From the human T2T-CHM13v2.0 reference genome, Homo sapiens, in NCBI RefSeq assembly GCF_009914755.1, contig NC_060932.1: a stretch of DNA of 64,000 bases. One strand, given 5' to 3'. Below, piece after piece: positions 27,130-40,523 of this stretch. Numbering within the stretch: the stretch's first letter is position 1; each line of letters begins with the position of its first letter. The position numbers and the translations under genes are program-made. Under the pieces are notes generated by a model. That model ran no database searches. It was given only the letters and a program-made list of their open reading frames with translations, and was not told the DNA's origin.

Positions 27130-27345
27130 GCTGACATTTATTGAGTGCTTTCTCTATGCTAGACACTATTTTAAACATTCAGTATCCTGCTTAATATTTC
27201 TAGAAAACCTATAAGTAGATACCATAACTACCATCTCTATTTACAGGACATTGAGGCTAAGACAGGTTAAGTCATATGTCTAATAAGTAGTGGAGTCACG
27301 TTTTGATTCCAGGAAATCTGAAATCCGAGCCCACACTTTTAATCA
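27130..27345 (-). mobile_element. MIR SINE within old L1M sequence
   Basis: CATTTTATTGAGTGCTTTCTCTATGCTAGACACT...TTTACAGGACATTGAGGCTAAGACAGGTTAAGTCAT. Confidence 0.65.
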
Positions 27346-27789
27346 AGATTTACTTGTGCTTCCAATACTGGCTAGAGTGTAAAAAAAGTATTGTTAGAAG
27401 TAGTGTAGGTAGTACCCTCTTTCTAGAGAGGACTTTATAAAATATCCCCCAAGCACTAAAAATGTGCATGCTGTTTGGAATATCAACTGTATTTTTACAA
27501 ACCTATTCAACACATAGCTACAAACTCATGCAAATAATTCGTTGTGCAGATTTCCACACAAATTTTTCAACAGCAGAAAACTAACAGGAAATAAAGAGAT
27601 TAAATATTTACTAATTGAATACATTGTGGCATATTCATGTCATGGAATACCTTTTAGCAATTGAAATATCGCCTTTGATGAATAGTTATTGACAAATATA
27701 TAAGTATAAAAAACAGATTATAAAACAATATGTATAACATGACTTTAACCAGATACTTTTAGTTTTATATTTAGATCAATTCTGCATTT

Positions 27790-29310
27790 TTTCCCTACTC
27801 TACTTTCTGACCTGGAGGCTGATCCGTCTGGATTTTATCAACAGAGTTCCTATCCCTATGAACTTGGAATTGATAGGTTTGGAAATCCCAGTACCCAATG
27901 GAAGAAAGTTTCTTCTAGAGAAAATAATAATAATTTTAGTGAAATATCTCCTTCATTTGAACCCTTAAAAATAAAAAGAAATAACAGAAGCCTGAGAAAG
28001 ATGTCAGTCACTGTACTGAGCATGGTAATTGATTTCAATTACAATGAAAAGGAATTGACCTACAGCTATGAAATGGGAGCTAAGAAGAATCCTTTTGGGA
28101 TCTGGTGATTCTGTTGAGACATCTCTGAGTACTCATTTCCTCAATATTGTTGTCCAATAGAAGGCCATTCAACCAAATAAATACAGAAACAAGAACTCAA
28201 TAATTGTAGGAAAGAAGTTTGAATTTATCCTACAAGGTAAAGTACCCCATTCAGACAAAGTACTGGCATAGGGTAAAGGAGAAAAAAAGTGTTATAGAAA
28301 GAAGCATTTCTGAGATATGTCTGTATGGTAGGTTGTATGTCCAAACTGTTATGACTCCATGGTATAACATGTGATGGGATTTTGTGCATCCTCTGTGTTG
28401 GAGATGTAAACTTTTCACATGGTAGAAGGATGATATATGGTTTGGCTGTATCCCCACCCAAATTTCATCTTGAACTGTAGTTCCCATAGTCTTCATATGT
28501 CGTGAGAGGGACCCGGTGGGAGGAAACTGAATCAAGGGGGAAGTTTTCCCCATGCTATTCTTGTGGTAGTTAGTAAGTTCTCATGAGATATTATGGTTTT
28601 ATAAGGGGCTTCCCCCTTCACTTGGCTCTCATTCTTCTCCTTCCTTCCGCCATGTGAAGAAGGATGTGTTAGCTTCTCCGTCCACCATGATTGGAAATTT
28701 CCTGAGGCCTCTCCAACCATGCTGAACTGAGTCAATTAAACCTCCTTCCTTTATAAATTACCCAGTCTCAGGTATGTCTTTATTAGCAGTGTGAGAACAG
28801 ACTAATACAAAGGACACAGGCAAATTCTGAGGATCAAATAGAGTTGATAGTACAAATATCTTCCATTTGTATGTATAGATTTGCCCTCTCTTTCTTCTGT
28901 AGACTACATCAGCAGGGTTCCTACTCCATCTGATTTTATTTGAATTTATCCAGTGCAAAGCCCTAAAAAGAGATCAGAAGGAGGGATGAGAGTAAGATCA
29001 GAGTAAGTACTAATTTCCCTGGCTCACTCTCTGCAGCTTTCCCATAGACTGGCTGGGTCCCTTGACCATGCTCATGTTTCCTGACAAGGTGACTGACTCT
29101 ATACAACTCTTTATCCTTCTAGGTTCCAGTGACTGTGTCTCCATTCTCATTTATTTGTCCTTAGGGTTGAAAATAGCTCACAAGGAACAAGCTCTGTGTT
29201 ACTGTACTAACTTTTGTGGTTCCTCTATATCCAAACTTTTGTAACTTCTCCCCTTTTAATATAAACCTTCTTAAATATCCATTAGAGTGTCTTATGTATT
29301 CAGTCTGGAG
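27790..29310 (+). mobile_element. Degraded ERVL-class remnant: LTR33-like pieces (~27790-27860, ~28880-29310) and internal dUTPase/3' region (~27870-28300), interrupted by THE1
   Basis: CTGTAGACTACATCAGCAGGGTTCC...GAGATCAGAAGGAGGGATGAGAGTAAGATCAGAGTA resembles LTR33; GTCACTGTACTGAGCATGGTAATTGATTTCAATTAC resembles the ERVL dUTPase region. Confidence 0.5.
28431..28809 (+). mobile_element. Full-length THE1C-like solo LTR
   Basis: TGATATATGGTTTGGCTG...GAACAGACTAATACA; perfect TSD AAGGA at 28426-28430 and 28810-28814. Confidence 0.95.
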
Positions 29311-29424
29311 AAAACATATAAGAGAGGTTAAGCAAATGCCCTACAGTCCTGACTCAAAATTTAAGTACAACCTCAAAAATATTTTTAAAATGTTTATCTA
29401 TTTATTAGTTTTGTTCACTGAAAA

Positions 29425-30077
29425 GCCTTGGAGACAATGACTAACCCAGTAGCAATGAGCATCCCTAGCATCCAGATTGTGCTTCTGCAGTAATAGCTGA
29501 TACCATGTGTGATGGTTAATTTTACGTGTCAACTTGACTGGGTCAAGAGATACCTAGATAGCTAGTAAAGAATTATTTCTCAGTGTGTCTGTGATGGTGT
29601 TTCTGCAGGAAACTGGCGTGTGTGAGTAAGTGGACTGAGTGGCAAACATCACCCTCAAGGTGGATGGGAACATTCAATGAACTGGGGGCCCACATAGAAC
29701 AAAAAGGCAGGGGAAGGATGAATTCTTGCTCTTTTTCCAGAGCCAGGGTCCCCTTCTTTTCCCGGCATTTTGGAGGTAAGAACTCCAAGTTCCCTGGCTT
29801 TTGAACTCCAGGACTAACACTGGACATTGGGCTTTTGGGCCTTTGGCCTCAAACTGAGAACTACACCATTAGCTTTCTTGGTTCTGAGGCTTCTGGACTT
29901 GAACTGGGCCACACTTCCAGCTTCAGTGGTTCTCCAGCTTGCAGTTGGCCTATCATGGGACTTCTTAGCCTTTATAATTGTGTAAGCCAATTCCCCTAAT
30001 AAATTCCCTCTCATATATCCATTTCTACATATCTACATCTGTCTATCTATCTATAGATAGACAGATGTAGATACTAA

Positions 30078-30128
<51 letters not shown>

Positions 30129-31600
30129 ATTATATTTTGTTTCTCTGGAGAACCCTTACAAATACACCAAGTCAGCGGCAGGAAATGCAAAAGATGACTC
30201 TGGCATCTTGGCATACCAGAGAGCATAGAATCTCTCTAAGACTGCGGGGATAAATGGGACAATTTGAGATTTAATAAAAGTAAACATTGAAATTGATCTA
30301 CACTTGTTTAATATGTTTAAACCAATAAGTTTAATATATATGTGTGTGTGTGTGTTTGTGTGCGCGTGTATATATATATAGATTATAATTGGTTATCTAC
30401 TGAGGGAACGAATTCATTATCTTGAAAACTGGCTAAATCAGAGAAAATAAATATTTGACATGCCTTTCTATATGAACACTGCATCATAGAATAAAAAACT
30501 AATAGGTTTGTGTGGGGTATCTCTGGAAATATTTCTTAATTTTGGCTACTTGAAAAGACTCATAAGATTCCATGGAGTACACTCATTTAAGACTATTATT
30601 TAAAGTCAAAGGGGATGGTACATCAAAAGAAAGAGTTCAGACAGGCATTTGGGGATCCATGAGACTTTCAGATGCAACCTCTATGTGGTTCTTATTCAAA
30701 CACAGATATACATCTCTTATTCAAGCATCAAGATCTGTGCAAATAATTTTGGCTTTAGAAGAGCTCGAGGCAGAAGTTTCTAGAACATCTTTTATGGCCC
30801 TCTGGTCACACAATCATCCAGGCTGTGTAACCCATTGTGTTAGTTGAAAATCGTCAGTAAACAAACCAGCCCTGGTGCTTTGGGGTCACCCACGGGAGTT
30901 TTGGAGTTTAAATCGGACATCGTAACTGCCACTGTACTTGTCTTGGTCAGGAGTTAAAGGCAGACATCCAGGCTTCCCTAGAGAAAAAAAGACAGTTTTC
31001 TGAGGCTAGCTGTAGGTAAACTCCACTCTATAAAACCTATTTATAAAATTATTTCAGCTAATTAATGAAAAGAAAATGATAGAATTAGGAAATCACTATT
31101 TCACAATCAGCAATGAATGAATGGATTTAAGCATTTTTCATTCCAGCTGCGAATATCAATAAAAAAGACATTTTATGCCTATTAATAAAGAAGACATTTT
31201 GTAAGGGATCATTTCTGAGACTGATGAAGTCTCTGGATACAAATTCTAATTTTTAGGAAATATAGGAGACAGAAGAACACATTAAATTGCACCATGGGTA
31301 TGCTATCAGTAAATCTAGACTGACAAACTCAAGTCAAATGTTTGTAGTTTCTTTAAAAGACTGTGAGTTGTATATTCTTTACCTGAAAAATTGTATGGAA
31401 AAGAAATGGAGCAGGGGAATCTAAATTTTTGTTTTTTAAGATTTAAACGATGCATCAAGTTAAAACTGTGATAAGTCTATATCATGGTGACTAGGGCTGC
31501 ATGCACAGTTAGATGATCAAAGCATAAGCAAAATGCGAGGAGAGTGGGCATCCATTGGGATGGAGCACATGGAGGGGCTTCTGACATGGTTTTACAAATC
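29425..31600 (+). mobile_element. Old L1MC/MD-like 3' fragments hosting MLT2 and another probable LTR (~30495-31030)
   Basis: GACAATGACTAACCCAGTAGCAATGAGCATCCCTAGCATCCAGATTGTG; continues after MLT2 with GGAAATGCAAAAGATGACTCTGG and at ~31050 with AAAGAAAATGATAGAATTAG. Confidence 0.5.
29508..30166 (+). mobile_element. Full-length MLT2B/C/D-type (ERVL) solo LTR
   Basis: TGTGATGGTTAATTTTACGTGTCAACTTGACTGGG start, TTTCTCTGGAGAACCCTTACAAATACA end; TSD CCATG/CCAAG (4 of 5). Confidence 0.9.
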
Positions 31601-34600
31601 TGTGTTTTATTTTATAATAAAAAGTTTTAAGAGATTAGAGAGAGTGGAATGTTGAGTGGTAAGATGAGGAGTTGGAATTACATTTGATAATATGCAATTA
31701 TGTATTGATTATCTTTAGTAGAATCAGGTTTTGGAAATTTAAGCTTAAGACTGAATCCCACAGGGTAATTTGAGAATAGCTGAATGAATAGAAACACCAT
31801 TATTATGGACATCTAGCAGTACTACTTGGCTATTCTTAAGGGCTCTAGATCATATTTAAATAATAAGCTTTTTTAGGCATCATAAACACTGTGGTGTAAC
31901 ATCTGTGATGGCTTCACAAAAAGAGCCAACTGGCTTAGGAAAGAGGGAGAATCTATGCATACCAGGTCTGTTGTAATTTAATGCCAGTGTATCTTTTGGG
32001 TTCTTGTATTTGCATAATGCAACGGCAGATAGTAGATAACGAAATCTTTACCCCAACAGTATGTTTAATTCTTAAAAGAATTTCTGATCTTATTTCTGTT
32101 TACTGCTACTCTCATCTAATAGGTAAAGACCTTGATTTCAAGTGGGAGGTTTGCTGTCATTAAAATGGTTGAATTAGCAGGAAAGCAAAATTACTATAGC
32201 CTTCAATGAATTTTTTGAGAAAGAAACTTAGACTTGAATACTAAAGTATAAAGTTTATAATAGGTTATCAAAGGTTTTTCTGTGGTTTTAAATGGAAAGA
32301 GTAAGCTGAGGGTAAGGAGCAACAGAGTTGAGAAGCAACCATTATTATAGAGATAAAAATAGATTTTCTTTGAATACTGGAGGGAGGGTAGATATTTGAG
32401 ATAATATGATATATGAATATCTTAACTTTTTACCCAGGAAAAGAAGAAAAATGTGGTGTGATGGTAATATTTATTCATGTGAGAATATTGGGGAGAAAGT
32501 ATGAAGGGAAGGAAGGAGGGGGAAAAGGTAGATTTTGTGTGAAGATAAAGTGTCCTTAACTTTCCAATTCTGAGTTTTTGATAATGACAGTTCTTCTACT
32601 CAAAATAATCTACAGATAATTTAAGCACTAGCATTCTTAAAATGGGGAGTGCTGTGTACACTTAGTAACTCTCATTCTGTATTTTTGATATAGCAGAACA
32701 TATTGTTTCTTTTTCTTGAAATGATGTCTAATTTCTAAAGTAATAAGAGAAGCAAATAAACCGTAGTAAGCCATATGTTGCAAAGGTCTACAATATTTCT
32801 GCACCATAACAGGAAGACACACACACACAGAGTTCTGTGTGAGTGGTAAAATTTTAGTAACTTGCATTATTACATTTTGGTAATATCTCAGGCTGGAGTA
32901 AAGATGGTGATACCCAGCACAGATGAAAATGAAAAAAAACCCCTAAATACCAGCCAAGATATGCTTGTGATATGCTAAAAATGAATTTCAACTACTGAAA
33001 GCACCACATAAGAGGAAACTATCAAAAAACTGCCAGGTTTGAGATTTAGAAATGTCACTCACTGGTGCTGTTTCCAAACAAAAAGCTTTTATTCTTGTGG
33101 CAGGTTTTCACAGCTTAACAGATAAGCTTGTGTTAGGTGTTTGCATGTTGCTTTTTAGAGAGGTATTTTATAAAACAAGGACGACAGCGTGTCTGAGAAA
33201 AGAAGGAGTTAATGGGTTAAAAACTGTGTAAATTTTACTCCAGTAAAATTACAGCTTGTTGTTCAGATGAATACTCTCCACTTCTCATATAGCTTTAAAT
33301 TATGGACAAATGCTTGCAATTGTGAACTCCCTACATTGTGGCTGCCTGTTCCCAGGCTTCATCAACCAGGGTTGTCCAATGGGATTACTGTAAGCCTTCA
33401 CGGCAGTCTGCCAGCCACTGATGAGAAACTCATATCCCTGGATGTTAGATTGCTCTCTTTATTCTATCCTTGTGATGGCTGTGATTGCTGTCATGGTGTT
33501 AGGTTAGAAATTAGCATTTTGTGGCCCTAATTTTGCCATCCAGAACATACTCAGAAAAGGAAAGACTCAAAGAATAGTAATTTCTTCTGTCAAAAAAGGA
33601 ACACAGAGCCACCATGATACAGATGTCTACAAAACTTAGGTCAGGAAATAGCGTATGATCCTGGTTGGCGAAGTGCATGCGGTGGGAGTTTTACTCTGAT
33701 CACAGACCTCTGCTTAGAAAATAATGGTTTTCATTTTATAAAACTAAGACTGAATGAAGAAACTAGGAATGAGTCCCTAAAAATGTTCCATTTTTTTTTT
33801 TTTTGCTAGGCCAAAAGCCCAATTTTTAGCATCATTTCAGTTCTTATATCTAGAAACAATGACAATATATATGTATTTTCTTGTAATAGTCTCTTTCCGA
33901 TAGATAGGTCTAAGAATACTATGAAAAAATGCAAGATAAAGATGTTGTGAAAAATAAAGTGGTAAATATCATTGGGTTTTTTGTGTGTGTGTTTTCCCTA
34001 AATCATTATGGAGAAAAGGTTACAGCAGTACTATTACGACAATCAATGTTTTGTGACATCAATGATTCTGTAAATGTCCTTGCATTACTTTTTTCTCTCT
34101 ATCCTATATTCGCTGATGCCTGTGTACTTACTATACAATTATTAAATAACTACTGACTTTTAAAATTTTATATGACCTACACTGTGGTTAGAACTTACAT
34201 AAATTTAATTTCTACTCTCTATGCTGGAGATTAATTACAGTAAAAAAATGAAAGCGATTTAAATTTTGGTAAAAAGAATGATATAGTTTCCTTATCTTCT
34301 GATTCTTCCTAGGCTATCCACAGACATGCTAATTTTTCCTGTCATTAACAGTGAGCAAGCTAGAAGGATTCTGACATGTGAGGTGCACAGATTCTGTTTA
34401 GGAGCCTTGATTTTTATCCACCCAAGCTTATCCGTCATCTTTAATCATGCAAAAGGCAGAATTACTTAATCATTTCATTTTATTGAAAAGAAAAAGAAAG
34501 ATCTACATTAAAATGATGACACGCAAGAAAAAAATAAATTGAAAATGATTATGAGGAGAGGGTAATGTGGAGACGAAAGCTCCATTGGTTTCGTGATGCT

Positions 34601-37600
34601 CATTTAAAGCAATGATCTAGTGAAGCCGAGACATTAAAGCACTGATGATGTTGGCTGTTGGGGTATATCTTATCTTTGCATTTTAACTTGCATTCCTAGA
34701 CTGCATTCTTAGCAAATTTTGTGGGGGATGCGATGTCAGGCCAAATAATTAAATATTAGACCTAATTGTGCACCTCTCTCTACCTTTACTCCAGGTTGGA
34801 TTATACTCTTATGATAATCTTATATAGATGACCATGACTCCAAAATTTAAATTTTCAAGTCCTTGAAGATCTTTACAAAAAATACTTGTTTTTAAATTCC
34901 ACAGTGCAAAATAAGCCAAATTACTCAGACTCTAATAATTATCAAGTTCAGCTATATAGACTAATGTTGCTTGAGAAAAATAGCTTTTCTCAAGCAAACG
35001 AGTTATTTTTCTTTTGATATATATTATTAGTGTTCTTTACTTTTATTGACAATAATACATGTTTCATATAAGCAGTGGCTTTTATGCACTGCTTCATATT
35101 AGAGAGTTGGATTAGGGTATTATAAATAGTTGTCTGGAACATTTTCAAGGCTCTTTGCCCATACTTTCTATTTATTTTATTTGTTTCTATTTTTAGTTGA
35201 AATATAATGTTACTTTCCAAAAATGAGGCATTTTTAAAAGTTTGTGAAGATATCAATTGACAATAATTTTTAATTTTTTTTGTGTTATGTAAAACAAGGA
35301 TTTTTGAAACTATAGTCAGGTCTTTTACGATTTTTTTTTCTTTACCTCAAAATACATATTGTCTTCTAAGAGTCAACATATTTCTGAAAATTGTGTTTAA
35401 AATAATCAGTTGCACCAAATGAGTAATTATACATGAGGAAAATTAAGAAAAAATGTTTTTGATCTTTCTAAGGCCAACTTTTAATCATATTTATTCTTTT
35501 CCTCTTATAAATAATAGTTTAACATGTATTATGTGCCAAGAACTGTGCTAAATAGTGTGGATATAGCTGTGAACAAAATTCCTGGTCTCTAAGATACTTT
35601 GTTACATTTTTCCCACAGCACAAATAATTTAAAGATCCAGGAATAAAAAAACAATGTATTTTCTGCTCTCCTAAATATGTAATTGGCCATATTTTCACTG
35701 AACTTGAATATCTTCATATGCACAACTATACAAGCATTTAGTCACTCAGTGATATTAAACTACTTCAATATTGGTCAACATACTTAGACTTTACATGGCA
35801 CTCATAATGCTTATTTTGAATTTAAATAGCACAATTTGAGATGATCTTAAGATATTACTATTTCTAATATAAACAAATGCAATCAACAAAACAGTTCAGT
35901 GTGATTTAACATAAAAATTAAAAGATATAATTGAAAGGTTGAAATGACTTTTGTGTTTAAGTTACAATGATTTTATATAACCTACAGTAATTGTAATTTG
36001 AAAAACCATATAATCTATATAATTAGGTTTTAGAAATTCATGATTTTTGATATCATCCCTAAGGACAGAGAGGCATATGTTAAAAATCAACTCTTCTTTT
36101 GCTAACCTAAAGTATCTTTAAATTCCAGACTCTACAATTGTTAATTTATATCACAATCCTTTTAAGGAGATAAAGAAAATTCTGCTTTTCTTGTACTTCG
36201 TTGGAGACTTTGCTGCTGGATAATTCAAGAACTTTCCTTTACATTTTTAGACAGCCTCATCACTTACAAAGCCATATGCAGTTATTTTTACATACAATAA
36301 AGAATCGAAAATATCACAATATAAAATTAATATAAAATTAAGAACTGTAATCTTATATAACTAAATTATCCAGTAGTCTTTCAAAATTAGTTAAGTAAAT
36401 TAACATATTTTATACATATTAGAAACTTGGTTACATTAAAAATTCATATATAATATTTTATTGAAAACAGATGTTTGATATTAATTTATATGAATATTTG
36501 CTTATAGCGAATTTTGAACTCTATTATTACAAAATGGAAATGAAATATGCAACTATTGCAATTTAAAGACAGCACTGTTATGTAAAACCAAGTTAATATT
36601 ATAATCAATTTTTTAAAAGAAATTCACAATTTTCATCACAGAAAAAAATTGGATTTTCTTTTTCTAATAATCTATTTTAAAATATTTTAGTATAATTTTT
36701 CAAAGGTGAAATAAAACATTCTTTATGCTAGATAATAATATGAAATTTAATTAAAACTATAAATTTCCGGCATGCTTTACTGTAATGCTGGTTTTCAAAA
36801 ACAAACGAAAAAGCAGATCTAAATTATTTTATATTTATATTGCTTCTTCAAACATAGTATGTTTAAACTTTTCAATAAAATTTCTTTTTAAATGTAGTTT
36901 TTATTAATGCATTCATATATTTAAAGCACTTGAAATTATCTATTTCTTTGCAATTAAAATGAAAACTTAGAAACAGAAGGAGTCAGAAAAATAAGAATTA
37001 TAGGATCAAACAAGAGGGGAATGATAACATATTGGGCTACTTTAATTTTATAGCAATAGGTGGCACTGTTACCTAAATACTCTTTGATTTGAATTGAAGA
37101 ACTGGAAAAGAGTTGTCTCTGTGTATAATTTCATATATGTAAACAAATGAGAACCCAGACAAAAACTTGAAGAATTCCAGGGATATTTTGTTATCATTAT
37201 CATTTACTTAGTATTATATTTATTTATACAGCCAGCAGTATGTCAAATAGTGGAAATGCAGATTAAAATTTATGGCAGTAAATGTGATTAAATGTGAACA
37301 CATTTAGTATAATTCATGAAAGTGTTTACTTTTTAATATGAATAGAAATAATATTAATGTTTTCCTGCAAAATTTTACTTTATGAATTCTTAATTTTATG
37401 GATTTCAGTATTGGAAATTTTAAGGTGTTCTAAAAACCAAACAATAATTCAGAGTGCTTAAGTTGATTAATATATTTATTTTCACTATCATATTTCTTCT
37501 AGTTTGTTTTGTGTAGTGGCACAAATAAGTCCATTATGTGATTCATATATATATATGTTAAATATAGTGATTCTTTACAATATGCAACCCATTAGGCTGA

Positions 37601-38526
37601 TAGCACAGAAATGGAATTCTTTCACCACTGCCAACATGATCATTGTTAGCATCTGAAAGAGAAAAGAAGAGGAATTAAATGGGGTATACATGTGTTCAGT
37701 GTTCAGATGAAAGTGAAAATAAGCAATAAGGACCAAGCCCTTGCTAGAATACACAGCACCTTTGTACAAGCTAGAAAATGCTGCCTCTGTAGCAGCCAGA
37801 TTGCAGTAAGACAACCCCTTCTGCTGTGCAGACACAGATTGTCACCAGGACAAGTCTTGCTAAGTTGAACATAGGCTCAAATTTGGTCCTTACTCCTCCC
37901 TGCCCCTTTGTAATGTGGCCTGATGCAAGCCACAGTTTGCACTAAGACTAGCAAATTGATTGTTACACTATTTAATGGCTGATGTTACTTTTTTCTCAGA
38001 ATTCTCAGAAATTATGGCTGAAAATATGATTTGATGGTCTTTTGACTATGCTGTCTTGTGCTTAGACAATCCCTAAGAGAGAACAACAGCAATGATAGAG
38101 TGATCTCGGTTAAGAGATTGGCTATCAAAGTGCCAGCCACTGTCCTAATAAGCTTGAGGTCACTACAAAGTGAGATCTAGCTCTGCATATTGACTCACTA
38201 TGGTAGATGCTGTGATGCATGCCCCTAGCTCCTTCACGTTTTTCCTTTCCTGCTGCAAATGCTGCCTGGGACAGGCTTCAGTGCCAGCTCACGAAGGAGA
38301 TTGCTTGTGCTAAAAAGAGGCTCCTGGCCCAAGGCCACATTTCCTTTCTGGGGAGATAGAGGTCTAATAAGTAACATGGGGGAAACTTGGCCCCCATCTA
38401 AGACAACTCAAGTTTTATCTCTGCTCCGGAACTTCTCATACAACTAGTTGAGACCTCCACTGAGACTGCATCACAGTTCATATTCTCCCTCTCCCAGAGC
38501 TGCTTCCTTCCTTCCTTTCTTTCTAA

Positions 38527-39278
38527 TTTTTTAATTTTTTAAATTTCAATAGCTTTAAGGCTACAAGTGGTTTTTGGTTACATGGATGAATTGTATAGTG
38601 GTGAAGTCTGGGCTTTCACTATGCCCATCACTCAAATATAGCGTATATTGCATCCAATAGGTAATTTTTTATCTCTCTCCCTCTCCAAACCTCCCCGCTT
38701 CTGACTCTCCAATACTTTTTCTGCATCTCTAATACTTTTTGAAGGTCTACAAAGAAGCTAATTTATTTATATAATCCCACAGTAGTAAAAACAGGACATG
38801 TGGGCCATTACTGCTTCCACTTTCTTGCATGGCATCCGTCTCCCTAGAGCCAGATGGAGAGGGAGTCTAATAACAAGTCTTAGAGCAGGGCTCCAGGAAG
38901 CTACCATTAATTGCTTAGGGCTGGCATTGGGCCTGATGTGGTTTGGCTCTGTGTCCCCAACCAAATCTCATGTCGAATTGTAATCCCCAGGAGTCAAGGG
39001 AGAGGTCTGGTGGGAGGTGATTGGATCATGGGGGAGGATGTCCCTTCTTGCTGTTCTCATGACAGTGAGTGAGTTCTCATGAAATCTGATCGTTCATTAT
39101 TCCACTCTATATGTATTTGCATACCCATAGCTTAGCTCCCACTTATAAGTGAGAATGTGCAGTATTTAGTTTTTCATTCTTGAATTACTTCACTTAGGAT
39201 AATGGCTTCCAGTTCCATCCAAGTTGCTGCAAAAGATATTATTTTGTTCCTTTTTATGGCTGAGTAGTATTCCATGGT

Positions 39279-39310
<32 letters not shown>

Positions 39311-39508
39311 TTGTGTGTGTCTGTGTGTGTGTATGTATGTATGTATATATGTATACCACATTTTCTTTATCCATTCATCAGGTGATGGGCACTTAGGTTG
39401 ATTCCAAATCTTTGCAATTGTAAATCGTGCTGCAATAAACATGCACATGCAGGTATCTTTTTGATATAAAGACTTCCTTTGGGCAGAGACCCAGGAGTGG
39501 GATTGCTG
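38527..39508 (-). mobile_element. L1PB-like 3' end (pieces 38527-38713 and 39095-39508), interrupted by a templated insertion; internal (TG)n at ~39277-39350
   Basis: TTTCAATAGCTTTAAGGCTACAAGTGGTTTTTGGTTACATGGATGAATTG; TTAGCTCCCACTTATAAGTGAGAA; ORF2 C-terminal remnants in ORFs 39174..39374 (MEYYSAIKRNKIISFAATWMELE) and 39254..39568. Confidence 0.9.
38731..39090 (+). repeat. Direct, ungapped 360-bp copy of 40321-40680 (offset 1590)
   Basis: Manual alignment gives 29 mismatches in 360 nt (~92%); paired ORFs 38767..38964/40357..40554 and 38798..38983/40388..40573 reflect it. Confidence 0.97.
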
Positions 39509-40523
39509 TTTGCTTTCTCTTTCACAGAGATGAACACTAGGGCATTTGCTGATAAACCTCTCGCACACTAATCTCCATCTTCAAGCCTGCATCTTGGGGA
39601 ATCCAGTCTGTACTCTCCACTAAAATAGGGTGCAAATTGAGCTACAGGCCAGATGGCCTTGTAACGTAAGATTCACTCCATTGTGTCCTACAGCCAACAA
39701 CTAGATCACAACATGGGCAAGATATTTTATAAATAAATTTTTAACTATAAGAATGACTTTAAGAGGTAAATAACTGAATGAAGAAAACCAAATCAAAACT
39801 TTTATGTGAGCATCCAACACTGCTGAATAAATGAGTATTCAATGAATGTTTGAACTGAATAACGTACTGAATGGATACAGTAAGACAGGATAATTTTGTC
39901 CATGTTTATTAAATACCATGTATGTGTCAGGCTCCAGGAAGGGACCCAAAGTTAAGACATGGCCTCTCTTCTCAAGAAGCTACTAAGACAGCAGCATTTC
40001 TAGTCTATCCATAACCCACATTAATTTATGCTCTGTTATTTATGGAGAAACAGATGTCAATTTGTGAAGCAAACAATTTTCTAAGCATAAAACATTTATT
40101 TCTTATGTGATATAAACCAAGTCATATTGGATAATATGGATTTTTTATGTGTAAAAAGAGATTGTGTTTTAAAAAACTGAATTATATTGTACTTATTCCT
40201 TTATCAGGTCAAATACATTTCAGGTGAATGCCAAATTTATTTATTAAAAAAATGAGTTTCAGAAAAAGATATACCAGAAAGTATTGTTATAAGTTACTTT
40301 AATGGGAACCATAAGAGATTAATACTTTTTTAAGATGTACAAAGAAGCTTATTTATTTATGTAATTCCACAGTAGTAAAAACAAGACATGTGGGCTACTA
40401 CTGCTTCCACTTTCTTCTCTGGCATCCTCCTCCCTAGAGCCAGATGGAGAGGAAGTCTAATAACAAGTCTTAGAGCAGGGCTCCAGGAAGTTACCATTAA
40501 TTGCTTAGGGTTGGCACTGGGCC

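Larger units (their letters stand above)
38200..39612 (+). mobile_element. LTR16-like ERVL LTR split by L1 (pieces ~38200-38520 and ~39509-39612)
   Basis: GAGACTGCATCACAGTTCATATTCTCCCTCTCCCAGAGCTGCTTCCTTC resumes as ATAAACCTCTCGCACACTAATCTCCATCTTCAAGCCTGC...GGGGAATCCAGTCT. Confidence 0.65.

Noticed and set aside
37050-37070. CTCF-like half motif AATAGGTGGCAC
   Set aside because: Partial match only; expected by chance in 64 kb.
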